Source: Candidatus Microgenomates bacterium (GTDB taxonomy: Bacteria; Patescibacteriota; Microgenomatia; Daviesbacterales; UBA10151). From it: a stretch of DNA of 64,000 nt. The stretch spans positions 1,328-65,327 of the forward strand of contig JACOYE010000009.1 of NCBI GenBank assembly GCA_016182045.1. The letters are read 5' to 3'. A program made the translations under genes and the position numbers. The notes under the pieces are model-generated. The model saw only the letters and a program-made list of their open reading frames with translations, had not been told where the DNA came from and searched no databases. Shown one piece after another: positions 17,350-25,756 of the stretch. Each line of letters starts with the position of its first letter. Position 1 is the first letter of the stretch.

Positions 17350-18265
17350 AATCAGACCAGCTAAAGTTTGAGTAGGTCCAATCAATCAGTTTAGTGGTTT
17401 CTGCAAATCTATTATCACTGCCTAAAAGTACAATTAAAACCCGGTGTCCGTCCCTTTCGATTAAGGTGATTAAATTTTCCTTAGCTGCTTCTGTTTTACC
17501 GGTTTTAACACCCAAAACACCGACCACTTCCGATAGCAGTCTATTAAGGTTAGCTAACCTATGATTGTATCTTTTATCCAAAGAGACAATATTTGTTTGC
17601 TTAGTGGCAAAAATCCGGCTCAGTTGATAATCTTTCAAAGCCTCCTGGGTAATTTTGGCCATATCGGAGGCCGAGGAAAAATGTCTGGATGAATCGAATC
17701 CTGCCGGGTTATCAAAATGTGTATTTTTAAGATTCAGGTGTGAGGCTTTCTTATTCATGGCCGAAACAAAACCTATTATCCCTCCTGGGTAATTTTCTGC
17801 AATAGTATATGCCGCATCATTACCTGATGATAAAAGCATACCGTATAGTAGGGATCTGAAAGATAAATCCTCATCTCTAAAAAGTCCTACTTTGGTACCG
17901 GGAATACCAGCGCTATCAGAAACTTTCAAAACAGAATTCTGCTTAAAATACTCTACTCCCACCAAAGCCGTCATAATCTTGGTGGTTGAGGCAATGGGTA
18001 AGGGTAGGTTGATATCTTGTTGATATAAAATTGTATCTGTTTCCAAATCTTTAATTAAAATGGCCCGGGCGGAAATTTGAGGAAATGGTAAATTTTTCGA
18101 AACAGGTGGAATGTTATATTTTTGCACTCCTGCCACTTGGGCATTATTCTTAGGAATCTGTAAGCTTAATAATGCATCCCCTGTTATACTAACAACAAAA
18201 GGTAGAATACTAATAACAGCAACAGCAACAAATATTAGTCCAGTAGAATATAAATAATACTTCAT
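17339..18265 (-). CDS. D-alanyl-D-alanine carboxypeptidase (peptidase S11)
   Basis: ASTTK (SxxK), SGN and KTG motifs. Confidence 0.92.
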   Translation of the reverse strand: MKYYLYSTGLIFVAVAVISILPFVVSITGDALLSLQIPKNNAQVAGVQKYNIPPVSKNLPFPQISARAILIKDLETDTILYQQDINLPLPIASTTKIMTALVGVEYFKQNSVLKVSDSAGIPGTKVGLFRDEDLSFRSLLYGMLLSSGNDAAYTIAENYPGGIIGFVSAMNKKASHLNLKNTHFDNPAGFDSSRHFSSASDMAKITQEALKDYQLSRIFATKQTNIVSLDKRYNHRLANLNRLLSEVVGVLGVKTGKTEAAKENLITLIERDGHRVLIVLLGSDNRFAETTKLIDWTYSNFSWSDFTD

Positions 18266-18355
18266 GCAATAATTTAAAAATTAAAGTGTAAAATGAAAAA
18301 TGACAGATTAAAATGTAAAATGTTCGATTAAATTTTTAATTTTACATTGTCATTT

Positions 18356-19729
18356 TTATTTTTTATTTTTAATATTTACATTTAGTCTTATATCAACTCT
18401 CTCCATATCTCTTGGGAAAAGGGCGGCCTCTCTGATATTTGCAAGACCTAAGATTTGCATGATCATTCTCTCCAGTCCAAAAGAAAATCCTCCCTCAGGC
18501 GGCATACCGTATTTGAAGGCCATTAAATACATCTCAAAATCTTTTGGATCCATGCCGTGAGACTTTATTGACTCGACCAATTGTTGATAGTCATTTATTC
18601 TTTGACTTCCAGACAGTATTTCAATCCCTTTAAATAGTAAATCATAACTTAGGCTGTATTCTGAATTTTTTGGATCCGGCATGGTGTAAAAAGGCTTGGC
18701 AGCAGTTGGGAAATGAGTGACAGTTATAAAATCAGAATTGTGTTTCTTTTTTGCCCATTTGCATAGATCCTGCTCATCTTGGGGTGTTAAATCTTTTTCT
18801 TTCTTATTGTCTCTACCATATTCTTTAAGAATAACTTCCTGAGCTTCTCTTAAAGTTAATCGGGGAATTTTATTATAGACAATCTCCTCTGCACCATATT
18901 CTTTAAGATATAGCTTGGATGAATTTTGAACATGCTCCACCATGCTTATGGCAATACTTTCATAAATATCCATTAATTCATCAAAGGAGGTAAATCCAAA
19001 TTCACAATCCATTTGAGTAACTTCCGCAAGATGCCTGGTAGTGACTGAAGGTTCTGCCCTATATGCTTTGGTAATTGTAAAAACCCTCTCAAAAACAGGA
19101 ACTAACATCTGCTTATAAAGCTGGGGGCTTTGGGTCAAAAATGCTTTATGTTCAAAATATTCTATCCTAAATACCTCCGCACCACCTTCTGTGGATGAGG
19201 CAGCAATGGTTGGAACAACAACTTCAGTACAACCTAATTTTTGACAAACTTGTCTAAATGAAGAAAGCAAAGCTTCTTGGACTTTAAAAATGGCCTTGAT
19301 TTTTGGGTGTCTTAAGCTGAGAGTACGCCAGTCTAAAAGAGTTGGCAGTTCCAAATTAAGAGTTGGACCTCCCATGTCAAATGGCAACTCCGAAGCTTTT
19401 GATAAAATCTCTATACTTTCTGCTGAAATTTCAATTTCTCCAGTGGGAATATTTTTATTGACCAGATTGGTAGGCCTTTTGTTTACCTTACCTATAATGC
19501 AAACCACATCTTGCGGGCTTATCTCACCTCCGAGGTGAGCTGAAGATGTAACCTTGCTCACACCTCGGAGGTGTGTGTCTTGGGATACAACTACTTGTAT
19601 TAACCCAGTTCTATCCAAAACATCCAAAAATAAAATCTTCCCGTGATCGCGCCTGGTCTGAATCCAACCGTAAATGGTCACTATTTCGCCAACTTTATCA
19701 TTACAATCTAAAATTAAAGTTCTTTCCAT
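18356..19729 (-). CDS. aspS: aspartate--tRNA(Asn) ligase, archaeal-type/non-discriminating
   Basis: OB-fold RDHG, LTQSPQLYKQ, YRAE and GMPPEGGFSFGLER; short form without GAD domain. Confidence 0.92.
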   Translation of the reverse strand: MERTLILDCNDKVGEIVTIYGWIQTRRDHGKILFLDVLDRTGLIQVVVSQDTHLRGVSKVTSSAHLGGEISPQDVVCIIGKVNKRPTNLVNKNIPTGEIEISAESIEILSKASELPFDMGGPTLNLELPTLLDWRTLSLRHPKIKAIFKVQEALLSSFRQVCQKLGCTEVVVPTIAASSTEGGAEVFRIEYFEHKAFLTQSPQLYKQMLVPVFERVFTITKAYRAEPSVTTRHLAEVTQMDCEFGFTSFDELMDIYESIAISMVEHVQNSSKLYLKEYGAEEIVYNKIPRLTLREAQEVILKEYGRDNKKEKDLTPQDEQDLCKWAKKKHNSDFITVTHFPTAAKPFYTMPDPKNSEYSLSYDLLFKGIEILSGSQRINDYQQLVESIKSHGMDPKDFEMYLMAFKYGMPPEGGFSFGLERMIMQILGLANIREAALFPRDMERVDIRLNVNIKNKK

Positions 19730-19761
19730 CTGTCTTGCATCATATCAGTTGACGGGAACAG

Positions 19762-19790
19762 TTGACAAGATCAAAAATAATTGCTATATT
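19762..19790 (+). promoter_or_regulatory. sigma70 promoter of attenuator 1
   Basis: TTGACA, 17 nt, TATATT. Confidence 0.75.
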
Positions 19791-19797
19791 GCAAGAT

Positions 19798-19848
19798 ATG
19801 CAAAAACCACAAGGAAGAAATTTTGGTTTCTTCTTTACCTTCGCTTAA
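19798..19848 (+). CDS. Phe-rich leader peptide
   Basis: MQKPQGRNFGFFFTFA*; 5 Phe in the last 8 codons; ATG 7 nt after the -10 box. Confidence 0.65.
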   Translation: MQKPQGRNFGFFFTFA

Positions 19849-19906
19849 GCGGAGGTTGGCCTGCCTGTCGGCAGACAGGTTTTTGCAAAGCTAACTAAAT
19901 TAGACT

Positions 19907-19935
19907 AACCTCCGAGATTATTGCGGAGGTTTTTT
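19907..19935 (+). terminator. attenuator terminator 1
   Basis: AACCTCCG-loop-CGGAGGTTTTTT; the 5' arm can alternatively pair with CGGAGGTTGG at 19850-19859. Confidence 0.8.
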
Positions 19936-19965
19936 AGTGGGTTAAAAAGAAAGGAGGAGATAAAA

Positions 19966-20295
19966 ATGCCAGCAGAATTTGAACAAGGTAAATTTGACAG
20001 ATTTCATATAAAGCTGACTCAACCAGGTAACGAGGAGGTTCATATATTCACCTATTTATTAACTGAGAGTAGCTGTTTAGGCTATCATATTATTCGTGAT
20101 GGTAATGGCAAACTACCAGAAGATCTACTAAGAAGTATCGTAGAGGAAACACCTCCACATAGACAAGCTATCAGTAATCTCCGAAATTCTCTGCGGCTTT
20201 TAGGAAAAAAAAGGTTGATCAATGAATTACCAGAAGATAATCAACCACTAGTTATTTATCAAAGTGTTAAACGGGCAGTTGACAAAAGTAAATAG
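19966..20295 (+). CDS. hypothetical protein
   Basis: AAGGAGG SD at 19951-19957, ATG at 19966. Confidence 0.7.
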   Translation: MPAEFEQGKFDRFHIKLTQPGNEEVHIFTYLLTESSCLGYHIIRDGNGKLPEDLLRSIVEETPPHRQAISNLRNSLRLLGKKRLINELPEDNQPLVIYQSVKRAVDKSK

Positions 20296-20307
20296 GTATT
20301 ATAGTAT
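20279..20307 (+). promoter_or_regulatory. sigma70 promoter of attenuator 2
   Basis: TTGACA, 17 nt, TAGTAT. Confidence 0.65.
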
Positions 20308-20318
20308 GGTTTTATTGT

Positions 20319-20423
20319 ATGTCAAAAACAATTGCTATAGATTTAAAAAGAGTTGAAATTTTGTTTGGCCTCCTTATCTTGGCACTCCTTGGGGGTGCTA
20401 TTTTGGGAGGTCTTTTTAGGTAA
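20319..20423 (+). CDS. Leu/Ile/Gly-rich leader peptide
   Basis: MSKTIAIDLKRVEILFGLLILALLGGAILGGLFR*; 9 Leu and 5 Ile in 34 aa. Confidence 0.6.
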   Translation: MSKTIAIDLKRVEILFGLLILALLGGAILGGLFR

Positions 20424-20452
20424 AATTTAACCTAGAAAAGAAAGGAAATTAG

Positions 20453-20475
20453 ACCTCCCGAAGGGGAGGTTTTTT
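20453..20475 (+). terminator. attenuator terminator 2
   Basis: ACCTCCC-GAAG-GGGAGGTTTTTT; AGACCTCCC can alternatively pair with GGGAGGTCT at 20405-20413. Confidence 0.8.
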
Positions 20476-20486
20476 AATGGGGAAAT

Positions 20487-20720
20487 ATGGAAAGAATGGA
20501 AGGAGAAGAACGCAATTACCCTATTGGATCATTAAATGAGACTATACCCTTAAAGGGTGCTCCACCTCATTCAGACTATCAATCATTAGCAGGTAAACTA
20601 GCATTAAGAAAAGGTCAGGGTCTTGAATATCTTAAAAGGATAACTGACCCGCTTGTTTATGGAAAGAAATATGGTGACCCTGAAGAAAGAAAAAGAAGAA
20701 TAGATGATATAAATGCATAA
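20487..20720 (+). CDS. hypothetical protein
   Basis: 77 aa ORF directly after terminator 2. Confidence 0.55.
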   Translation: MERMEGEERNYPIGSLNETIPLKGAPPHSDYQSLAGKLALRKGQGLEYLKRITDPLVYGKKYGDPEERKRRIDDINA

Positions 20721-20742
20721 ATTATAAAAGGAGGTGGATAAA

Positions 20743-21141
20743 ATGGCAAGATCAGAAGGAGAACCCGGTATGGAAGTAGCTATTCATCAAGATCCCGAGG
20801 AAAATATTGACCGTCTATATGCATCAATGGCTGCAATAGCTAAAATAGGACCAGAGCATGCTACTAGCGTCATATTGAAGACAAGACATTGGATTATTAA
20901 TTTCATACAGGGTGAAAGAGAGAAAATTGGAGATACTGTAAATAAAATCCCTCCTCAGTTAACAGAAGGTGATATGTTTAAAGAAGAAAATGCAATAATG
21001 TATGCGGGTATATTAACAACGCATCTGAGAGAAATGATTGGTAGAGGGGGGACACCTTTACCTGACAAAGCATTGGAAGTCGTTGGAGTCTTCAGTAAAT
21101 GGGTTCGTGAGAAATATAATAATGGTGAAGAAAATCGATAA
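20743..21141 (+). CDS. hypothetical protein
   Basis: AAGGAGGT SD, ATG at 20743. Confidence 0.7.
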   Translation: MARSEGEPGMEVAIHQDPEENIDRLYASMAAIAKIGPEHATSVILKTRHWIINFIQGEREKIGDTVNKIPPQLTEGDMFKEENAIMYAGILTTHLREMIGRGGTPLPDKALEVVGVFSKWVREKYNNGEENR

Positions 21142-21145
21142 TTAT

Positions 21146-22726
21146 CTAATTTATTTTTACATCTTTCACTTTTAATTGCAGTTTTTCATCCCCATTAAAG
21201 TCATTTAACTCTGGGATATATGCCAAATCAATTTGTTGACCATTTTGTAACATGCTTTGTAGATCCCCCATTCCAAAAGCAATGGCATCAAATCCGTCGA
21301 CCTTAAACTTCAGATGTTTGCCTTCACCTACTGTTCTTATATCTGAAACTTGCATCTTTCTTGTTGCAAAAATGGGTCTGGGATTTCCCAAACCAAATGG
21401 CTCAAATTTATTCAATTGGTCAACCAATCCTTTGGTCAGTTGTTTTCCATCTACTTCCGCCTCAATTTGCAAAACCCGTTCCACCTCGTCCGGCAAAGCA
21501 ATCACAATCTCCTCCAGTCTTTTTTTAAATAAAGTAATATTTTTGGTGGCAATGGAAAATCCGGCAGCTTTAGGATGACCCCCTACATCAACCAATAAAT
21601 CGGCATGTTTTCTAATCAGCTCCACAATGTTTACTCCATCAACGGATCTGGCTGATCCTTTAGAAACAGTCTCACCTAAAGATATAGCTATGCTGGGACG
21701 CAGGTACTCATCAGTAATCCTGCCAGCAATAAGACCAATTATTCCCGGCGACCACTTGTGAGATGTCAAAATATGAATTTTTTTACTTCGATCAATCAAA
21801 AGCTTGGCCTGCTCTATTGCGTCTGTTGTAAGCTGTTGACGGGTGGTATTGGTTTCAGATAAAAGTTTAGCCAGTTTTTTAGCTTTTTGCGGATCTTTTG
21901 TGCAAAGTAATCTTAAAGAATCTATGGCATGTTCAAGTCTTCCCATGGCATTAAGACGAGGCCCTAAAATATGGCCAACCTCATAAGATGAGATTTCTCC
22001 CAACATTAGTGATGATTCATTTATTAAAGATAAAAGTCCCAAGTTTGTTGTTCTATTTAGAATTTTAAATCCCTCGAAAACAAACGATCTACCTAAACCA
22101 ACAAGTGGCATTAAATCACAAACCGTGGCAAGGGATACAAATTGCAACAACTCTTCCCTTAATTCCCTTTTCACTATTCCCTCTATTAAACACCAAGCTA
22201 CCGCCGCTCCGCACATCTTGGTGGAATGAACTATCTCATATGCGACAGGTTTTTTATCTAAAGGTAGATGATGATCAGTAATAATCAAATCCAAACCAAT
22301 TTCTCTGGCATATTCTGCTTGTTCCAAGGCAACAATGCCATTATCAACCGTAACAACCAATGATGCGCCTTGATTCTTGGCAAAATCTAAACCCACTTTT
22401 GACAACCCGTATCCTTCTCTTTCTCTGTGCGGGATATATGGTAAAACCTTAGCACCCATCGATGTCAGCCCTTTGTATAGAATGGCTGATCCACAGATCC
22501 CATCAACATCATAATCCCCATATACTATTATCGGTTCTCCATTCTTAATGGCCTGCAAAATTCTTTTTTGAGCTTTTTCAGTTCCTGGAATCTTCAAATC
22601 TTTTTCAAAATCAGAAATCTTAGGATGAAAAAACTGATGCTTTTCTTCTTGAGTTATAAGTCCTCTATTAATTAATAGCTGCTTAATAAGATTATCTGAT
22701 TTTTTCGGGGCTATTCTCCACTTCAT
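21146..22726 (-). CDS. recJ: ssDNA exonuclease RecJ
   Basis: GDYDVDG, TVDNG, ITDHH, GSARS and GGHPKAAG motifs. Confidence 0.95.
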   Translation of the reverse strand: MKWRIAPKKSDNLIKQLLINRGLITQEEKHQFFHPKISDFEKDLKIPGTEKAQKRILQAIKNGEPIIVYGDYDVDGICGSAILYKGLTSMGAKVLPYIPHREREGYGLSKVGLDFAKNQGASLVVTVDNGIVALEQAEYAREIGLDLIITDHHLPLDKKPVAYEIVHSTKMCGAAVAWCLIEGIVKRELREELLQFVSLATVCDLMPLVGLGRSFVFEGFKILNRTTNLGLLSLINESSLMLGEISSYEVGHILGPRLNAMGRLEHAIDSLRLLCTKDPQKAKKLAKLLSETNTTRQQLTTDAIEQAKLLIDRSKKIHILTSHKWSPGIIGLIAGRITDEYLRPSIAISLGETVSKGSARSVDGVNIVELIRKHADLLVDVGGHPKAAGFSIATKNITLFKKRLEEIVIALPDEVERVLQIEAEVDGKQLTKGLVDQLNKFEPFGLGNPRPIFATRKMQVSDIRTVGEGKHLKFKVDGFDAIAFGMGDLQSMLQNGQQIDLAYIPELNDFNGDEKLQLKVKDVKIN

Positions 22727-22733
22727 ATTATTC

Positions 22734-22794
22734 CACCTCCGAGGTGTAATTGCTCGCCTCGCTGCGAAGCGGGCATTTCTTCACCTCGGAGGTG
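22734..22794. repeat. composite palindromic element
   Basis: CACCTCCGAGGTG...GCTCGCCTCGCTGCGAAGCGGG...CACCTCGGAGGTG; the same units recur inside aspS, miaA, recA and the oxidoreductase gene. Confidence 0.8.
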
Positions 22795-22844
22795 TATTGA
22801 TAGAGCAAATTGTATCACACACCCCAGGAGTGTAAAATGACTAC

Positions 22845-24254
22845 ATGGATTATAAATTACCTAATGAGGTAAAAATTATTTTAAATAAATTTCAAAAAGC
22901 TAATTTCCAAATTTATATTGTGGGAGGGGCTGTCCGTGACCTTTTAATGGGCAAGGTTGTAAGAGATTGGGATTTTACCACAGATGCTAAACCTGAGGAA
23001 ATTTTGAAAATAATCCCTGGGGGTTTTTATGACAATAAATTTGGTACGGTAGGTTTGGCAGTTGAGGATGGAGTATTTGAGATTACAACGATGAGGAAGG
23101 AGGGCGTCTACAAAGATTTCCGTCATCCTGACTCGGTTTCCTGGACCAATAAAATTGAGGAGGATTTAGGCAGACGAGATTTTACTGTCAATGCTATGGC
23201 ATTAGTTCCTAAAAGCGTCATTGCGAGCGAAGCGAAGCAATCTTCCACGGAAGATCGCCACGTCGCTAGCGCTCCTCGCGATGATAAATGGATGTTAGCA
23301 GATCCATTTCATGGACAACAGGACATCAAGGATAAACTGACTAGAGCAGTTGGAGATCCTAATACCCGTTTCCAAGAAGATGCTCTACGTCTAATAAGAG
23401 CTATCAGATTTGCCACAGAATTAGATTTTGACATAGATCCTAAAACTTTTGAGGCAATCCAAAAAAATGCTCCTCTTTTAAATGAGATTGCCAATGAAAG
23501 AGTTCGTGATGAGCTGTTTAAAATACTTGCCTCAGATAATGCTTATGAAGGAATCATCAAGTTAAGAGAGGCAAAATTACTACAAATTATTTTGCCGGAG
23601 CTGGAAAAATGCTTTGGTATTGTGCAGCAAGGACCAAAGCATGATAGAACTTATGATATTGGTGAACACTCTTTACTCACCCTTAAATACACCCCCTCTG
23701 GTGATTCATTAGTAAGATTGGCTTCTCTACTTCATGATATTGGTAAAACAGATACGGTAAAAGCTTCTCCCGATGGCAATGTCACTTTTTATCAGCATGA
23801 TGTGGTTGGCGGTGAGATTGTCAAAAAAATTGCCAAAAGATTTAATCTGTCTAAAAAACAAGCTGAAAAATTATCTCGATTAGTCAGATGGCACATGTTT
23901 ACAGTTTCAGAACACCAAACCGATTCTGCCATCAGAAGATTCATTAAAAATGTAGGTCTAGACAATATTAATGACATGATGGCACTACGAATCGGTGATA
24001 GATTAGGTGGTGGTACACAAACAGAAACCTCTTGGAGGATGGAAAAATTTCAACAAAGAATTAAACAGGTCCTCAAAAAACCATTTTCCATAACTGATCT
24101 TAAGGTTAATGGCAATGATGTGATGGAAGTACTTAACATAAAACCGGGCCCCAAAGTCGGCGAAATACTGCAGAAACTTTTTGAAGAAATCTTAGAAGAT
24201 TCTAATAAAAATAATCGTGATTATCTTTTAAATAGAATAAAGAATATAGAATAA
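22845..24254 (+). CDS. cca: CCA tRNA nucleotidyltransferase with HD domain
   Basis: VGGAVRD, DWDFTT, RRDFTVNAMA, EDALRLIRA and LLHDIGK motifs. Confidence 0.9.
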   Translation: MDYKLPNEVKIILNKFQKANFQIYIVGGAVRDLLMGKVVRDWDFTTDAKPEEILKIIPGGFYDNKFGTVGLAVEDGVFEITTMRKEGVYKDFRHPDSVSWTNKIEEDLGRRDFTVNAMALVPKSVIASEAKQSSTEDRHVASAPRDDKWMLADPFHGQQDIKDKLTRAVGDPNTRFQEDALRLIRAIRFATELDFDIDPKTFEAIQKNAPLLNEIANERVRDELFKILASDNAYEGIIKLREAKLLQIILPELEKCFGIVQQGPKHDRTYDIGEHSLLTLKYTPSGDSLVRLASLLHDIGKTDTVKASPDGNVTFYQHDVVGGEIVKKIAKRFNLSKKQAEKLSRLVRWHMFTVSEHQTDSAIRRFIKNVGLDNINDMMALRIGDRLGGGTQTETSWRMEKFQQRIKQVLKKPFSITDLKVNGNDVMEVLNIKPGPKVGEILQKLFEEILEDSNKNNRDYLLNRIKNIE

Positions 24255-24264
24255 AGAGTTGAAT

Positions 24265-24355
24265 CGTCATTGCGAGGAGTAAAACGACGAAGCAATCTTG
24301 ATAGAATTAAATTAAATAATCATTAAAAGATTGCTTCGCTTCGCTCGCAATGACG
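24265..24355. repeat. RPE-like palindromic element
   Basis: CGTCATTGCGAG...GAAGCAATCT...AGATTGCTTC...CTCGCAATGACG; a sibling copy lies in frame in cca (23217-23285). Confidence 0.8.
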
Positions 24356-24407
24356 TAAAATTTAATGGCCTAATTTTTCTTCCCAAAATAATTGAACAGT
24401 AATTTAT

Positions 24408-24435
24408 TATTCCATTGATTTAAATCATTAAAACA
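24408..24435. repeat. 28-bp palindromic site, copy 1
   Basis: core TCCATTGATTTAAATCATTA(A/G)AACA, also at 24903, 25689 and 58216. Confidence 0.9.
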
Positions 24436-24449
24436 GATAGAATTAAAGC

Positions 24450-24902
24450 ATGGGACAAATATCTAAATATCCTATCTCTAAAGACGTGGCTGATAGAATT
24501 TTTGATGTATTTATTAAGTCTTTCATTAAAGTTAAAAATGACAAGGATGCTCAAATTTTGGCCAATGATTTATTCACACCTACTGAAAGAATCATGTTGG
24601 CAAAAAGACTTGCTATTGCCTTTTGTTTAATGCAAGGATATGAATATAGAGAAATTTCCAAACTCTTAAGAGTAAGCGTAACTACTGTTGCGTCTGTAAA
24701 TATGACATTAAAATACGGTAGCAATGGTTATAGAACCATACTTGAGCGGATTAATAAAGAAGAAAAGCTTGAGGATCTATTCAAAAATATCGCCGAGAAA
24801 GTTTTAGCAATGGGTTCTTATGGCAAAGGTAGTGGGACTTGGAGATACTTACGAGCAGAAGTTCAAAAGTCTAGGGATAAAAAATTAAAAAAGCCATTTT
24901 GA
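24450..24902 (+). CDS. TrpR-like (YerC/YecD) HTH protein
   Basis: LFTPTERIMLAKRL...YREISKLLRVSVTTV. Confidence 0.85.
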   Translation: MGQISKYPISKDVADRIFDVFIKSFIKVKNDKDAQILANDLFTPTERIMLAKRLAIAFCLMQGYEYREISKLLRVSVTTVASVNMTLKYGSNGYRTILERINKEEKLEDLFKNIAEKVLAMGSYGKGSGTWRYLRAEVQKSRDKKLKKPF

Positions 24903-24927
24903 TCCATTGATTTAAATCATTAAAACA
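24903..24927. repeat. palindromic site, copy 2
   Basis: begins immediately after the TGA of the TrpR-like gene. Confidence 0.9.
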
Positions 24928-24932
24928 AATAT

Positions 24933-25709
24933 ATGGGAGTTATAAAGCCGCCATGGATTTCCAAAAGATGGTTTAATAAAGTTCCTTTTAATTACTGTGA
25001 TCATTTTGGTGATAAGAAGCAACTGGCCACTATCTGTAAAATTTGTGATGAAGAAATTAAAACAATAGAAAAATATAGAAGAGAAGGTAAGGATCCTTAT
25101 GTTTGGGAAAACGTTTTTAAAGAGGTAGCTAATGATTTGGCGGAATCAATAAGACTCCTTTACCAGGGAGCTAAGAAATGGGGAATAGATTTGGATGGCT
25201 TACCGGATGTGGAAGAACCTGAACTACCAAGGTCAGATACTTATCCAATTTATCGCTTAGTTACAAAATATAGTGATGGAGTAAGACAAATAATCAAAGA
25301 GCTTGAAGCTGTACCAATTGAGACCGATACTGAATTATTAGAAAAATCTGTTGACGTCTTAGCCCATTCTGAACACTACATTGTTGCTAAAATAGGCAGA
25401 GCCTTAAGTAGCAGATGGAGATGGAAAAATGACCCAATTTTGGATGATACCCATGATGATAAGACGTCAGCATTCCTGGCATTTGTTGCAATAGAGAGAA
25501 ATTCAAGAGCTCTTCTTGCACTCTCTAAACACAAACCCCTAGGGCACTTAAGAACAAAAAATCTTAAACTGGCAAAGTTGAGTTTAGAGCTTTGCAGTGT
25601 GATCAAAGAAGAATTTTTCCCTGAATATAAATTAAATTATGAAGAATTTGGAGTCGAAGAATTAGATGTTTACCTGAAACGCCTTGGATCCATTGATTTA
25701 AATCATTAG
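24933..25709 (+). CDS. hypothetical protein
   Basis: 258 aa; PFNYCD...CKIC putative metal site; last residues and stop are encoded by repeat copy 3. Confidence 0.7.
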   Translation: MGVIKPPWISKRWFNKVPFNYCDHFGDKKQLATICKICDEEIKTIEKYRREGKDPYVWENVFKEVANDLAESIRLLYQGAKKWGIDLDGLPDVEEPELPRSDTYPIYRLVTKYSDGVRQIIKELEAVPIETDTELLEKSVDVLAHSEHYIVAKIGRALSSRWRWKNDPILDDTHDDKTSAFLAFVAIERNSRALLALSKHKPLGHLRTKNLKLAKLSLELCSVIKEEFFPEYKLNYEEFGVEELDVYLKRLGSIDLNH

Positions 25710-25713
25710 AACA
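25689..25713. repeat. palindromic site, copy 3
   Basis: TCCATTGATTTAAATCATTAGAACA. Confidence 0.9.
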
Positions 25714-25756
25714 TTTATAGACAATCCTTATCTTACTTATTCTTAAAAGAATACTA

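Noticed and set aside
19674-19898. 74-aa plus-strand ORF
   Set aside because: Overlaps the aspS start antisense and runs through the promoter; the 16-codon leader explains the region better
24415-24428. Definitive FNR site or canonical dif site
   Set aside because: One mismatch to the FNR box with no CRP/FNR gene in the window; arms do not match the XerC/XerD consensus; left open under findings
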